A DNA stretch of 64,000 bases from Candidatus Gottesmanbacteria bacterium (GTDB lineage Bacteria > Patescibacteriota > Microgenomatia > UBA10105 > UBA927): positions 555,282 to 619,281 of the forward strand of contig JAHFKK010000001.1 in the NCBI GenBank assembly GCA_023245335.1, written 5' to 3'. The notes under the pieces are model-generated. The model was not told where the DNA came from. It saw only the letters and a list, made by a program, of their open reading frames with translations, and made no database searches. The position numbers were made by a program, and so were the translations under genes. Of the stretch, positions 47,428 to 57,902 are shown piece by piece (position 1 is the stretch's first letter; every line of letters begins with the position of its first letter).

Positions 47428-48063
47428 ATGGCAGAAAAAAAAGCTGAACAGAAAGCAGAAAAAAAGTCCACGAATCCGTTGGTATTTGTGGGTATCGGGT
47501 GCTTAGTGCTCATTGTCATTGTGGGTGTAGTTTCGTCAGTAGTTATGAAGTTCTTTGCCAAACGTATAGGCACGGGACTGCTGCAAGGGGCGATTGAAAA
47601 TAGGACGGGCGTCAAGACCAATCTCCAGGATCTGGAGAAAGGTAAAATGACCTTCACGGATACCAAAACCGGCGCCCAAGTAGATATCGGCGGCGGGAAA
47701 GTGCCGGATAACTTCCCGAAAGATTTTCCGCTCTATCCTGGCGCGAAAGTGACCAGTTCCTTAAGCGGCGCACAAAGCGGGAAGTCAAACGGGTTCTGGT
47801 TGACGTTATCCACAGCCGACTCTGTCGACGCCGTGACGACGTATTACAAAAGCCAATTGGCGAGTAAGTCTTGGACCGTCCAGCAAACCTATACGACCGG
47901 GGACACGATGACAGAAACCATAACCAAAGGGATGTGGAGCGGGTCGCTTGCCGTCACGAAGAGTTCGTCCGACAAAGAGACGCAAATAGTCATCATTCTG
48001 GGTTCGGATAACGAAACGCCGACTCCGGAGCCGACAGCCGATCAGTCGGGATCCGGCTATTAA
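47428..48063 (+). CDS. Single-TM hypothetical surface protein
   Basis: TM helix, P.NFPKDFPLYPGAKV, YYK..L....W; SD AAGGAG. Confidence 0.8.
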   Translation: MAEKKAEQKAEKKSTNPLVFVGIGCLVLIVIVGVVSSVVMKFFAKRIGTGLLQGAIENRTGVKTNLQDLEKGKMTFTDTKTGAQVDIGGGKVPDNFPKDFPLYPGAKVTSSLSGAQSGKSNGFWLTLSTADSVDAVTTYYKSQLASKSWTVQQTYTTGDTMTETITKGMWSGSLAVTKSSSDKETQIVIILGSDNETPTPEPTADQSGSGY

Positions 48064-48128
48064 AAGGCATTTCCAGAGAGGGGCTGGTATTTTAGAGTTG
48101 CCCTGGGCTATGATGGATATATCTGGAT

Positions 48129-49082
48129 ATGAATATTTTTCGGATACTTCATCATTGGCTCGTCCCTCACGAAGCAAATAATCATCGTGCCAAAGCGCTC
48201 CATCACGAAGCGTTGCTTGCGTACGTGTTGCTTTTAGGAGTATTTAACCTCGGAATTAAATTTCTTCACAAGCAGGCTCCCGACGTGTTGGGATATGCGA
48301 CAGATATCCGGGTGGAGCAGCTATTGGCAGACACCAATGCCCAGCGTGCACAGACGGGATTATCTCAGCTGACCTTAAATAGTACACTATCCCAGGCTGC
48401 AGCCGCGAAAGCGGCAGACATGTTTGCCAATAATTACTGGGCACATAACAGTCCGCAGGGCAAAACCCCTTGGGATTTCATCGTGGGTTCCGGGTATCGG
48501 TATACGCTTGCAGGAGAGAACCTTGCTAAAAATTTTCAGACGAGTGACGGTGTTGTTGCGGCGTGGATGGGATCGCCGTCTCATCGGGCAAATATCGTCA
48601 AGCCCGGATATCAGGATGTCGGGTTTGCAGTCGTCAACGGAGTCCTTAACGGGGAAGAGACGACTCTAGTGGTCCAGATGTTTGGCGCGACAAACGCGAA
48701 GCCGGTAGCTCAAATTCCTCAAGTCCAGGCTGCCGCCCCCGAACCGGCAAAAACCGTCGTGTTACCTAAGGAACCGGCCGCACAAACCTCAGAGAAAATT
48801 CCAGTAGTATCAGCGGAGCCGCAGACCATCATACAGCCTGCCGCACAACCGGTTCTTACCATGGGAGCGGTGAAAACAACCCCGCTCATTAACATATCAG
48901 GATTGACGCAGCGAGTCGGATACGTATTTGTCGGGCTTCTCATCGGGGTACTTGCAGTTGACGCATACGTCGTGTCAAAGCGACGTGTGGTCCGGCTCGT
49001 GGGTCACAATATCGCGCATATATTATTTTTGGCAACAATCATAATTAGCGGACTGACGCTTGTACGCGGATCACTCATATGA
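48129..49082 (+). CDS. CAP (SCP-like) domain membrane protein
   Basis: N..R...GL..L, YWAH, GENLA, WMGSPSHRANI, VQMFG; two C-terminal TMs. Confidence 0.9.
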   Translation: MNIFRILHHWLVPHEANNHRAKALHHEALLAYVLLLGVFNLGIKFLHKQAPDVLGYATDIRVEQLLADTNAQRAQTGLSQLTLNSTLSQAAAAKAADMFANNYWAHNSPQGKTPWDFIVGSGYRYTLAGENLAKNFQTSDGVVAAWMGSPSHRANIVKPGYQDVGFAVVNGVLNGEETTLVVQMFGATNAKPVAQIPQVQAAAPEPAKTVVLPKEPAAQTSEKIPVVSAEPQTIIQPAAQPVLTMGAVKTTPLINISGLTQRVGYVFVGLLIGVLAVDAYVVSKRRVVRLVGHNIAHILFLATIIISGLTLVRGSLI

Positions 49083-49327
49083 AATATCATCAATTCATTC
49101 ACGGTTTTGTGCTGTTTTGTATCCTAGCCGGTGGGGCGCTGACGTTTTGGTATGCGGCCGGGGACACACGATTGCAGCTCACCGCAGGAGTGGTGACCTC
49201 TATCGCGTATGTTGCGTGGGGAATTATCCATCATGCGCTGCAAGGAGATCTCCACCGTAATGTTGTGATAGAATATATCCTCATCGGATCAATTGCCATC
49301 GTACTACTTTTGACGTTGGCGTTATAA
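49079..49327 (+). CDS. Small three-TM hypothetical protein
   Basis: YVAWGIIHH...VVIEY; translationally coupled to the CAP gene. Confidence 0.75.
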   Translation: MKYHQFIHGFVLFCILAGGALTFWYAAGDTRLQLTAGVVTSIAYVAWGIIHHALQGDLHRNVVIEYILIGSIAIVLLLTLAL

Positions 49328-49345
49328 CCGGAAAGGAGTAGATTT

Positions 49346-50095
49346 ATGAAAGGCGTCATACTTGCAGGAGGGCTCGCGACCAGACTTCGGCCGCTTACGC
49401 TCGTGACCAACAAACATTTGCTTCCCGTCTACAACAAGCCCATGATTTATTACCCCATGGAAATGATGCGGAAAGTAGGTATGAAAGAAGTGCTTCTTAT
49501 CACAAGCGGCGAGCACGTCGGAGACTTTGCCAACCTTTTGAAGTCCGGTGATGAGTTTGACATGCGGCTCTACTATGCGATCCAACAGAATCCGACCGGA
49601 GGTATCTCCGATGCGCTGAAGCTGGCGGAAGAATTTGCCCATCACGAACCGCTTTTGGTTATCTTGGGAGACAATATTTTTAACTTTGACCTGCAGAAAT
49701 CCATTGATCGATTTGAAAGGTTTTTGGAAAAGGATAAACGAGCGGCTATGGTATTTGGTGTCCATCGGGACACAGAAGCCAGGCAATACGGCGTCATCGA
49801 GATGGACGATAAAGGAAAGGTCTTGAGTATTGAAGAAAAACCGGAGAAGCCCAGAAGCGATATCGCACAGACGGGGATCTATCTTTATGATCACCGGGTA
49901 TTTGATTTCGTGCGTGAGCTCAAGCCTTCCGCTCGGGGACAACTAGAGGTTACCGACCTCAATAACGTGTATCTAAAAGAAAAGTCATTGATGTGTGAAG
50001 TTATCGATTGGTGGGTTGATGCAGGAACCTCGCACGACGAATTATTGGCCGCTAACCTTCAGGTGGCGGAACGGGTAAAACAGGGAAAACTGTGA
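49346..50095 (+). CDS. rmlA: Glucose-1-phosphate thymidylyltransferase-like sugar-phosphate nucleotidyltransferase
   Basis: LAGGLATRL.PLT..NKHLLPVYNKPMIYYP, LGDN, EEKP, RGQLEVTD. Confidence 0.88.
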   Translation: MKGVILAGGLATRLRPLTLVTNKHLLPVYNKPMIYYPMEMMRKVGMKEVLLITSGEHVGDFANLLKSGDEFDMRLYYAIQQNPTGGISDALKLAEEFAHHEPLLVILGDNIFNFDLQKSIDRFERFLEKDKRAAMVFGVHRDTEARQYGVIEMDDKGKVLSIEEKPEKPRSDIAQTGIYLYDHRVFDFVRELKPSARGQLEVTDLNNVYLKEKSLMCEVIDWWVDAGTSHDELLAANLQVAERVKQGKL

Positions 50096-50141
50096 CGCGT
50101 AACGGCAAACAGGCTTTTGTAGTACTAGCGATTAATACTGT

Positions 50142-51158
50142 ATGAAATTACTCGTGACCGGCGGCGCCGGATTTATCGGAACTAACTTTATCCTCTATTG
50201 GCTCGCACATCACCCGGAAGATGACGTTATAAATTTTGACAAACTGACCTACGCCGGGAATCTCGAGAACCTTACTTCGGTTGAAAAAAATCCTCATTAC
50301 CGGTTCGTGCAGGGCGACATATGCGATGCAGAGCACGTTTCTGAAATCATGAAGGGTATTGACATGGTCGTCCATTTCGCCGCAGAGAGCCATGTCGACC
50401 GGTCTATATTGGAAGCTGCGCCCTTTGTCATGACCAATGTCGTCGGAACGCACGTCCTTTTGGCCGCTTCGCTTAAAGCCAAGGTGAGGAGATTTCATCA
50501 TGTCTCCACAGATGAAGTGTTCGGATCACTCAAACTCGGAAGTACGGATACATTCAGTGAACGAACATCATATGACCCCAGAAGTCCGTATTCGGCAAGC
50601 AAGGCAGGCTCCGATCATTTAGTGCGGGCATACTATCATACTTTCGGATTGCCGATTACGATCACCAATTGCTCAAACAACTATGGTCCGTACCAATTCC
50701 CGGAAAAACTCATCCCGCTTGCAATTACGAACATTCTTGAAGGGAAAAAAGTACCGGTCTACGGAGACGGCTTAAATGTCCGCGACTGGCTGTATGTCGA
50801 AGATCACTGCCGTGCGATAGAAGCGGTACTTCTGAAAGGCACGTCAGGAGAAACATATTGTGTGGGAGGTACGACGGAAGACATAAATAATCTTACGGTC
50901 GTCAAAAAGATTCTTGCCATGATGGGAAAAGACGCATCACTCATCGAATTCGTCGTCGACCGACCGGGACATGATCGGCGATATGCGATTGACTGGTCAA
51001 AAATCAAAAACGAGTTGGGCTGGCAGCCGCAGCATAATTTTGATGAGTGGCTGAAACGTACGGTCGATTGGTATACCGTGCACGGAGAGTGGTGGCACGC
51101 CGTCAAATCCGGATCCTATCAGGCGTATTACAAAACGCTATATAAAGGCGCCGTATGA
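50142..51158 (+). CDS. rmlB: dTDP-glucose 4,6-dehydratase
   Basis: TGGAGFIG, DKLTYAGN, AAESHVDRSI, STDEVFG, YSASKA, DRPGHDRRY. Confidence 0.96.
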   Translation: MKLLVTGGAGFIGTNFILYWLAHHPEDDVINFDKLTYAGNLENLTSVEKNPHYRFVQGDICDAEHVSEIMKGIDMVVHFAAESHVDRSILEAAPFVMTNVVGTHVLLAASLKAKVRRFHHVSTDEVFGSLKLGSTDTFSERTSYDPRSPYSASKAGSDHLVRAYYHTFGLPITITNCSNNYGPYQFPEKLIPLAITNILEGKKVPVYGDGLNVRDWLYVEDHCRAIEAVLLKGTSGETYCVGGTTEDINNLTVVKKILAMMGKDASLIEFVVDRPGHDRRYAIDWSKIKNELGWQPQHNFDEWLKRTVDWYTVHGEWWHAVKSGSYQAYYKTLYKGAV

Positions 51159-52036
51159 AACTACTGGGAACTGGTTTGTCGGGACTCGTAGGGTCGCGTG
51201 TAGTTGAACTTCTTTCCCCATCGTTTACCTTCCAAAACTACAGTCTGGAGACGGGCACAGATATCACGAATAAAGAGGATATCATAGCGAAAATTACCTC
51301 TAACCACGAAGCGCCGTGGGTCGTCCATATGGCCGCATTTACTGATGTGCAGGGAGCTGAAAAGGAGCGGGGGTTGGGAGAAGCGAGTGCCGCCTGGAAG
51401 GTCAATGTGATGGCTACACAAAATATTGCGGACGCATGCCGTGCGTCCGGTAAAAGGCTTCTTTATGTGGATACGGATTACGCGTTCGACGGAGCGAAAA
51501 AAGACGGATACACCGAAGACGACGTGCCCAGTCCGCGAGGGTGGTACGCAGTCACAAAATCCGAAGGCGCGAAGCGTGTTTTGGCATTAGAGAACGGCCT
51601 AGTCATCCGTATATCCAATCCATATCGCGCGCGCCCCATCGGTAAGAAGGATTTTGCGCACAAGATGCTTGAACTGTTGCAATCGGGTCAAACAATCAGT
51701 GCGCCGCAGGATCAACTGTTTGTACCGACATTTATCGACGATATTGCTCGCGCTCTGGAACGACTGGTTACCACGAACGCCTCGGGGATATATCATGTGG
51801 TAAGCGCGCCTCCCATATCACCGTTTGATGCCGCGAAGGCAATCGCGCATACCTGGGGATGTGATACGAATCTCGTTAAGCCCACGACATTCGCTGAGTA
51901 TTTCACCGGTCGCGCACCCGTACCGCGATATGCGGTACTCGCGAATAAGAAAGTTACGTCACTCGGGATCCCGATGCATGATTTTGTTGCGGGTATAGAA
52001 GAAGTACGTCGCCAGGAATCCGTCATTGGGAAGTAA
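51155..52036 (+). CDS. rmlD: dTDP-4-dehydrorhamnose reductase
   Basis: TGLSGLVG, AAFTDV, TDYAFDG, Y..TK, PTFIDD. Confidence 0.85.
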   Translation: MKLLGTGLSGLVGSRVVELLSPSFTFQNYSLETGTDITNKEDIIAKITSNHEAPWVVHMAAFTDVQGAEKERGLGEASAAWKVNVMATQNIADACRASGKRLLYVDTDYAFDGAKKDGYTEDDVPSPRGWYAVTKSEGAKRVLALENGLVIRISNPYRARPIGKKDFAHKMLELLQSGQTISAPQDQLFVPTFIDDIARALERLVTTNASGIYHVVSAPPISPFDAAKAIAHTWGCDTNLVKPTTFAEYFTGRAPVPRYAVLANKKVTSLGIPMHDFVAGIEEVRRQESVIGK

Positions 52037-52059
52037 TCTATCATACATGTTTGACGGAT

Positions 52060-52086
52060 GACGCCTATACAGGCGTCGTTTTTTTT
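52060..52086 (+). terminator. Intrinsic terminator after rmlD
   Basis: GACGCCT-ATAC-AGGCGTC followed by T8. Confidence 0.8.
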
Positions 52087-52102
52087 CGTATACTAATGAC
52101 TT

Positions 52103-53398
52103 ATGACGATCGCATTCGTTGGCCATGGATATGTAGGACTTGTGACCGCCGCCGTATTTGCAGATCTCGGAAATACCGTTTGGGTGGTCGGACGCACAAA
52201 AGAAAAAATTGAAAAACTGAAAAAAGGCGATCCGCTTATCTACGAGCCGGGGCTTACTGAACTTGTCCGGCGTAATATTTCAGCTGGCAGGCTACATTTC
52301 ACATTGGATTATAAAGAGGCAGTCGTGCCTTCAAATGTCATTTTTATTGCTGTCGGCACCCCCTCCAAACCAAATGGCGAAGCCGATTTGACCAGCGTAT
52401 TTGCGGCGGCCGAGGAAATCGGTACATCGTTGGTTGGCTACAAAGTCGTTGTCACAAAAAGTACGGTTCCGCCCGGTACAGGTAAAAAAGTGTCTGAGAT
52501 CGTCAATCGCTTCAAACCGGAGGGGTCATCATTTGCGATTGCCTCGACCCCGGAATTCTTACGGGAAGGCACAGGGCTTTCTGATACGATGCATCCGGAC
52601 CGTGTGGTTATCGGAACGAATTCAGATCGTGCACGGGAAATATTGACGGAGCTCCATAAGCCAATTGACGGGAAGATAGTCCATTGTAATGTCGAGACGG
52701 CAGAGCTTATCAAATATGCCTCCAATTCCATGCTTGCGACCAAGATATCGTTTGCTAATGCGATCTCGTTTCTTTCGGAAAGAGTCGGTGCTGATGTGGA
52801 GCGCGTCCTTGAAGGCGTGGGTTTGGATAAACGGATCGGACGAAGCTTTCTCTATCCGGGGGTCGGCTACGGCGGGAGTTGTTTCCCTAAGGACGTGAAG
52901 GCGCTTATTGCGATAGCCGGGGAACACACGTATGACTTCACGCTTCTCAAAGCGGTCAAACAGATAAATGATGAGGCACGGCAGAATTTTGTCAACAAAA
53001 TCGTCAAACATTTCGGCTCGCTTAAGGGCAAACAAATAGCGGTACTGGGCTTGGCGTTCAAGCCGGATACGGATGATATGCGCGAAGCGCCGTCTATCGA
53101 TATCATCACGTCCCTTTTGGAAAAGGGAGCCAAAGTGATCGCATTCGACCCGATTGCCATGGATAAGGCCAAGCCCAAGCTTCCAAAATCCGTAACGTTT
53201 GCCCATGACGCATATGAAGCCGCAACGGGGGCTCACGCAGTAGCGATCGTGACGGAATGGAACGAGTTCAGACAGCTTGACCTCGTGCGTCTAGCCAAGG
53301 GTATGAAAAGTCTGGTATTATTTGATGGGAGAAACATTTACGAACCATCCCACGTGCGTGATTTAGGGTTTATGTATTACGGTATCGGCAGGATGTGA
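52103..53398 (+). CDS. ugd: UDP-glucose/GDP-mannose 6-dehydrogenase
   Basis: G.GYVG, VGTP, KSTVP, PEFLREG, GYGGSCFPKD, FKPDTDDMRE. Confidence 0.95.
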   Translation: MTIAFVGHGYVGLVTAAVFADLGNTVWVVGRTKEKIEKLKKGDPLIYEPGLTELVRRNISAGRLHFTLDYKEAVVPSNVIFIAVGTPSKPNGEADLTSVFAAAEEIGTSLVGYKVVVTKSTVPPGTGKKVSEIVNRFKPEGSSFAIASTPEFLREGTGLSDTMHPDRVVIGTNSDRAREILTELHKPIDGKIVHCNVETAELIKYASNSMLATKISFANAISFLSERVGADVERVLEGVGLDKRIGRSFLYPGVGYGGSCFPKDVKALIAIAGEHTYDFTLLKAVKQINDEARQNFVNKIVKHFGSLKGKQIAVLGLAFKPDTDDMREAPSIDIITSLLEKGAKVIAFDPIAMDKAKPKLPKSVTFAHDAYEAATGAHAVAIVTEWNEFRQLDLVRLAKGMKSLVLFDGRNIYEPSHVRDLGFMYYGIGRM

Positions 53399-53411
53399 CG
53401 AATTTTTATGA

Positions 53412-53438
53412 GTCATCCCGAGCGAAGCGAGGGATCTC
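53412..53438. repeat. REP/MITE-like short palindromic repeat
   Basis: GTCATCCCGAGCGAAGCGAGGGATCTC; ATCCC/GGGAT stem; resembles a widespread intergenic repeat family (from memory). Confidence 0.55.
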
Positions 53439-53456
53439 AGCATTAAGGAGGACTAT

Positions 53457-54413
53457 ATGGCAAAAAAAGCATTGATTACAGGTATCGCAGGATTCGTCGG
53501 CAGCTACATGGCGGAGCTCCTTTTGTCCAATGGATTTGAGGTTTCGGGACTTTGCCGTCCACGCAGTAAAATGGACCATATCGAGTCCATAAAGTCGAAA
53601 CTGCATCTTGAGGATGCGGACTTACTAGATAGTCACAGTCTCTATACGACGATTAACAAGACCAAGCCGGATTATATTTTCCATCTCGCGGCCCAGTCGT
53701 TTGTGCCTACCTCCTGGGGTTCTCCTGCGGTGACTTTGGAAGTCAATATCGTGGGATCTGCGAACCTTTTTGAGGCAGTCAGACAAGTTGGAATCGACCC
53801 GGTTATCCAGATAGCCTGTTCGTCCGAAGAATACGGCATGGTGCACGCTGATGAAGTGCCTATCAAAGAAACAAATCCGCTGCGCCCCCTGTCGCCGTAC
53901 GCGGTTTCCAAACTCGCGATGGACTATCTGGGATACCAGTATTTTGAGTCTTACCAGACGAGGATTGTTCGGACACGCGGGTTTAACCATACGGGCCCGA
54001 GACGGGGCGATACGTTTGCCGAATCGACATTTGCCAAGCAGATTGCCCTCATCGAAAAAGGAAAGCAGGAGCCAATCATTTATGTCGGTAATTTGGAGGC
54101 CGCCCGCGATTATACTGACGTCCGGGATATGGTTCGAGCGTATCTTCTGGCTGTCGAGAAGTGCGATCCCGGAGAAGTGTATAATATCGCAACCGGCAAA
54201 GCGATTAAGATCGCAGACGTACTAAATATGATGCTGAAAATGAGCAAGGTGAAGGTGGAAATAAAACAGGACCCGGCCCGTATGAGGCCTTCGGACGTGC
54301 CAATCCTTATAGGAGACGCCTCAAAATTCAAGGCCAAAACCGGATGGTCGCCCGAGATTCCGTTCGAAAAGACCGCCGAAGACCTACTCAATTATTGGAG
54401 AGAACGGGTCTAA
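53457..54413 (+). CDS. GDP-mannose 4,6-dehydratase / Rmd-like extended SDR
   Basis: TGIAGFVG, HLAAQS.V..SW, SSEEYG, SPYAVSK, FNHTGPR, GNL...RDY.DVRD. Confidence 0.88.
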   Translation: MAKKALITGIAGFVGSYMAELLLSNGFEVSGLCRPRSKMDHIESIKSKLHLEDADLLDSHSLYTTINKTKPDYIFHLAAQSFVPTSWGSPAVTLEVNIVGSANLFEAVRQVGIDPVIQIACSSEEYGMVHADEVPIKETNPLRPLSPYAVSKLAMDYLGYQYFESYQTRIVRTRGFNHTGPRRGDTFAESTFAKQIALIEKGKQEPIIYVGNLEAARDYTDVRDMVRAYLLAVEKCDPGEVYNIATGKAIKIADVLNMMLKMSKVKVEIKQDPARMRPSDVPILIGDASKFKAKTGWSPEIPFEKTAEDLLNYWRERV

Positions 54414-54423
54414 TTTTGGCTGT

Positions 54424-55533
54424 ATGAAGGTAGTCGTTGTCATTCCCACGTATAACGAGCGAGAAAATATTCGAGTGCTTCTGACCGAACTCGACAAGGC
54501 GTTCGGCACGGCGAAAAAATACTCTATTTCTTACCTCGTGGTGGATGATACATCTCCGGACGGGACAGCGCAGGTTGTAGAAACCTTTCGAAAAACGCAT
54601 AAGGACGTTTTTATCATTTCCGGGAAAAAAGAAGGCTTGGGAAAAGCGCTCCTTCGCGGGATGACGCAGGCATTTGAGCACATGGATGCAGACGTGGTCC
54701 TCCAGATCGATGCCGATTTGTCCCATGATCCTACGGTCGCGCCCCGTTTACTTTCGGCGATAGATAACGGTGCGACGTTTGCCGTCGGCAGCCGCTATAT
54801 CCCAGGCGGGGCAATTCCAGGGAACTGGGGACTCATACGGAAAATATACAGCATTATCGGTAATAGCATTGTCCGTTTTGGGTTGTGGCATATCGATGTC
54901 CGTGACTGGACCGGCGGATACCGCGCGTATACGAAGAAGTTTTACCTCGCCACACACCGCGAGATGGAAAAATACAGCGGCTATGTATTCCAAATTGCTT
55001 TTTTACACAAGTCCATACACCATGGAGCGATCGTGAAAGAAATACCGTTTCATTTTACCGATCGGTTATATGGGCATTCCAAAATCGCCCCGGCGGAATA
55101 TATTTTTAACATTTATAAATATATCGCAGTTTCACGTTTTCAGGAGATCACCAGCTGGTCGTTTTTTAAATTCGGCGTGGTGGGAACTATTGGGTTTATC
55201 ATAAATACCGTAGTTTTGGAACTGATGGTGCGTGCGGGACTCCATCCCGCAGCCGGAAGCGCTACGGGGGCAGAACTCGCTATCATATCGAATTTTCTCC
55301 TGAATAATGCATGGACATTCGGCGACCGCAAAGTGATAGGGAAAAAGATGATACCCAAATTTTTGCAGTTTAACATTACCTCACTGGGAGCGCTCATCAT
55401 TCAGACGGTAAGCGTATGGGTGGGGACAGTATTGTTTGGAAAATCGGCATATTTCGTTTCGTATATTATCGGAGTCGGCGTGGGACTCGTCTGGAATTAC
55501 ATAATGTATTCGCGTGTCATCTGGAAGAAGTAA
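54424..55533 (+). CDS. Polyprenol-phosphate glycosyltransferase (DPM1-like GT2) fused to a GtrA-like domain
   Basis: PTYNE, VDD.SPDGT, DADLSH, GSRY; C-terminal KFGVVG...NF.LN..WTF...WNY. Confidence 0.9.
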   Translation: MKVVVVIPTYNERENIRVLLTELDKAFGTAKKYSISYLVVDDTSPDGTAQVVETFRKTHKDVFIISGKKEGLGKALLRGMTQAFEHMDADVVLQIDADLSHDPTVAPRLLSAIDNGATFAVGSRYIPGGAIPGNWGLIRKIYSIIGNSIVRFGLWHIDVRDWTGGYRAYTKKFYLATHREMEKYSGYVFQIAFLHKSIHHGAIVKEIPFHFTDRLYGHSKIAPAEYIFNIYKYIAVSRFQEITSWSFFKFGVVGTIGFIINTVVLELMVRAGLHPAAGSATGAELAIISNFLLNNAWTFGDRKVIGKKMIPKFLQFNITSLGALIIQTVSVWVGTVLFGKSAYFVSYIIGVGVGLVWNYIMYSRVIWKK

Positions 55534-55574
55534 TGCGTTGGCAGGAAGAAATTCAGCGAAGGTGGTACCTCCTC

Positions 55575-57155
55575 ATGAAAGATATTCTTAAAACGATCAA
55601 AGCGAATTATTCAGGGATACTTCTAACGCTCATATTGCTTGTCGGGGCGTACTTGCGGTTGTATCATATCTCTCAATACATGACCTTTTTGGGGGATGAA
55701 GGCCGTGACATGCTGGTCGTCCTCCACATGATCGTCAATCATAAATTTACTCTTCTTGGGCCCACCGCGTCAGTGGGAGGATTTTTTCTGGGGCCCATTT
55801 ATTACTATTTCATGCTGCCGTTTGTGTGGGCTTTTCATCTCGATCCGTCGGGCGCTGCCATCATGGTAGCAGCCTTTGGTTTTGTGACCATTTACCTCGT
55901 CTATCGGCTCGGCCGCGATATGTTTGACGAGTGGGTAGGGCTCATGGCTGCAGGTTTATATGCGTTGTCTCCACTCGTCATTGCGTATTCCCGGTCGTCC
56001 TGGAATCCGAATCCGGTACCGTTTTTTGCAACCGCGATAGTATATTTTCTCTGGAAAAGCGTTGTCGATAAAAAAACCAAACTTCTTTTTTGGATTGGTG
56101 TCGCCCTCGGAATAGGTTTGCAGCTTCATTATCTGTTTCTATTTTTCTTCGCGGTGGTGGGCGTGTGGTACCTCCTCTATGGTCGTTCATGGAAGTGGGT
56201 GCCTTCCTATCTATTGGGAGTTGTCGGATTCGTGGTCGGGTACGCGCCGTTTTTGGCTTTTGAATTGCGGCATGGATTTCCGAATACGATTTCCATCATC
56301 CGGTTTTTACAGGAAGGGAAAGATACCGGTTTGGTTCCCATGAAGTTTGTAATGACGCTTGTCAATGTGTCCTACCGGCTATTCGGACGATTAGTATTCC
56401 GTATGCCGCCTCCGGAGCAGATCATACATCTCACTCCCTTCGTGCAGTGGTTATGGCCTACGGGTATAGCCATAGTCATAATTTCCTCTCTGCTTATTAT
56501 GCTGCTCGCGCTTTTCGGGAAGATACCGGTACCATGGAAGTCTGAGGGTGTACTGTCCGAACGGTGGAAAAAAGGTATCGTCCTTCTCTTTCTCTGGTTT
56601 TTCGTACCGCTTGTTCTGTTCGGGCTCTACAAAAAGGGTATTTATGATTATTACTTCGGTTTATTCTACGCGTTGCCGTTTTTCATGACCGCGCTTATTT
56701 TCCGGCTTGGGGCGGTGAAACGGATTGGAACATGGGTGATGGCGGCTTTGTTTGCGGGATTACTCTATTTTAATTGGCTCGGGATGCCATTTCTATTTAC
56801 GCCGAATAACCAGCTCGCCCAGACAAAGCTTATCGCCCGGGCAGCGCTTGATACGACCGGAGGAAGGCCGTTTAATTTCGCACTCATGACCGGAGGAAAC
56901 TCCGATCACGCGTACCGGTATTTCTTTGAATTATGGGGTAGGGCTCCGGTAACGATCGAAAACACCGTTATAGACCCTGAGCGAAAGACAGTCACCGATC
57001 AACTGGTTGTTATTTGTGAATTGTCCGATTGTAAGCCCTTGGGGAACTCCCTGTGGGAAATTGCCGGTTTCGGTCGAGCGGAAATCGAAGGAGAATCACA
57101 CGTCTCATTTGTCACGATATTAAAATTAGGTCATTATAAGGGGAAAGATCTATGA
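55575..57155 (+). CDS. GT-C fold glycosyltransferase (ArnT/PMT-like); alternative start 55533
   Basis: GDEGRD first-loop motif, GP.YYY, SR..WNP, multiple TMs. Confidence 0.85.
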   Translation: MKDILKTIKANYSGILLTLILLVGAYLRLYHISQYMTFLGDEGRDMLVVLHMIVNHKFTLLGPTASVGGFFLGPIYYYFMLPFVWAFHLDPSGAAIMVAAFGFVTIYLVYRLGRDMFDEWVGLMAAGLYALSPLVIAYSRSSWNPNPVPFFATAIVYFLWKSVVDKKTKLLFWIGVALGIGLQLHYLFLFFFAVVGVWYLLYGRSWKWVPSYLLGVVGFVVGYAPFLAFELRHGFPNTISIIRFLQEGKDTGLVPMKFVMTLVNVSYRLFGRLVFRMPPPEQIIHLTPFVQWLWPTGIAIVIISSLLIMLLALFGKIPVPWKSEGVLSERWKKGIVLLFLWFFVPLVLFGLYKKGIYDYYFGLFYALPFFMTALIFRLGAVKRIGTWVMAALFAGLLYFNWLGMPFLFTPNNQLAQTKLIARAALDTTGGRPFNFALMTGGNSDHAYRYFFELWGRAPVTIENTVIDPERKTVTDQLVVICELSDCKPLGNSLWEIAGFGRAEIEGESHVSFVTILKLGHYKGKDL

Positions 57156-57901
57156 TGCCTCACGTGTCGGTCGTCATTCCGTCGTACAACGAGGAAACGA
57201 ATATACGTTTGGGTACGCTCGATAAGGTGTCGCGATATTTTGAACATCAAAAATATGCCTGGGAAGTCATCATCGTCGATGACGGATCGACAGACGCCTC
57301 GCCGGAATTGTTGGATTCATTCGCCAAAGCAACTTCAGGATTCCGTATCATTCACAATCAGCATTTGGGTAAAGCCGGTACAGTGATTTCCGGCGTCAGC
57401 GCTTCTAAAGGGGCAATTATATTATTTTCCGATCTTGACCAGGCTACTCCCATTGCGGAGCTTGAAAAAGTACTGCCGTGGTTTGAAAAAGGATACGATG
57501 TCGTCATCGGGTCCCGCAGCGGCAGACGGGAAGGTGCACCGCTGTCGCGCATCATTATGGCGCGCGGTTTTATGATGCTTCGCGGTATTTTTCTCGGCCT
57601 CAACGGCATCACGGACACCCAATGCGGTTTCAAGGCGTTTAAAGCGGACATTGCCCAACGGATAATTTCTAAGCTTCGGCTCTATGGAAAGCCTCAGAAG
57701 ACCCAGGGTCCTATGGTGACTGCGGGGTTTGATATCGAGGTTCTCTTTCTGGCGAAACAATTGGGATACAACATCCGGGAAGTCCCTGTAGAATGGCATT
57801 ACGTGGAAACACGGCGGGTGAATCCCATAAAGGATTCATTTGAGGGCCTGCGGGATATTCTCATGATCCGTTGGAATGCCATGCAGGGAAAATATTCATA
57901 A
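57152..57901 (+). CDS. Dolichyl/polyprenyl-phosphate glucosyltransferase-like GT2
   Basis: PSYNE, VDDGSTD, DLD, GSR, DTQCGFK, FDIE, EVPVEW. Confidence 0.9.
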   Translation: MMPHVSVVIPSYNEETNIRLGTLDKVSRYFEHQKYAWEVIIVDDGSTDASPELLDSFAKATSGFRIIHNQHLGKAGTVISGVSASKGAIILFSDLDQATPIAELEKVLPWFEKGYDVVIGSRSGRREGAPLSRIIMARGFMMLRGIFLGLNGITDTQCGFKAFKADIAQRIISKLRLYGKPQKTQGPMVTAGFDIEVLFLAKQLGYNIREVPVEWHYVETRRVNPIKDSFEGLRDILMIRWNAMQGKYS

Positions 57902-57902
57902 C

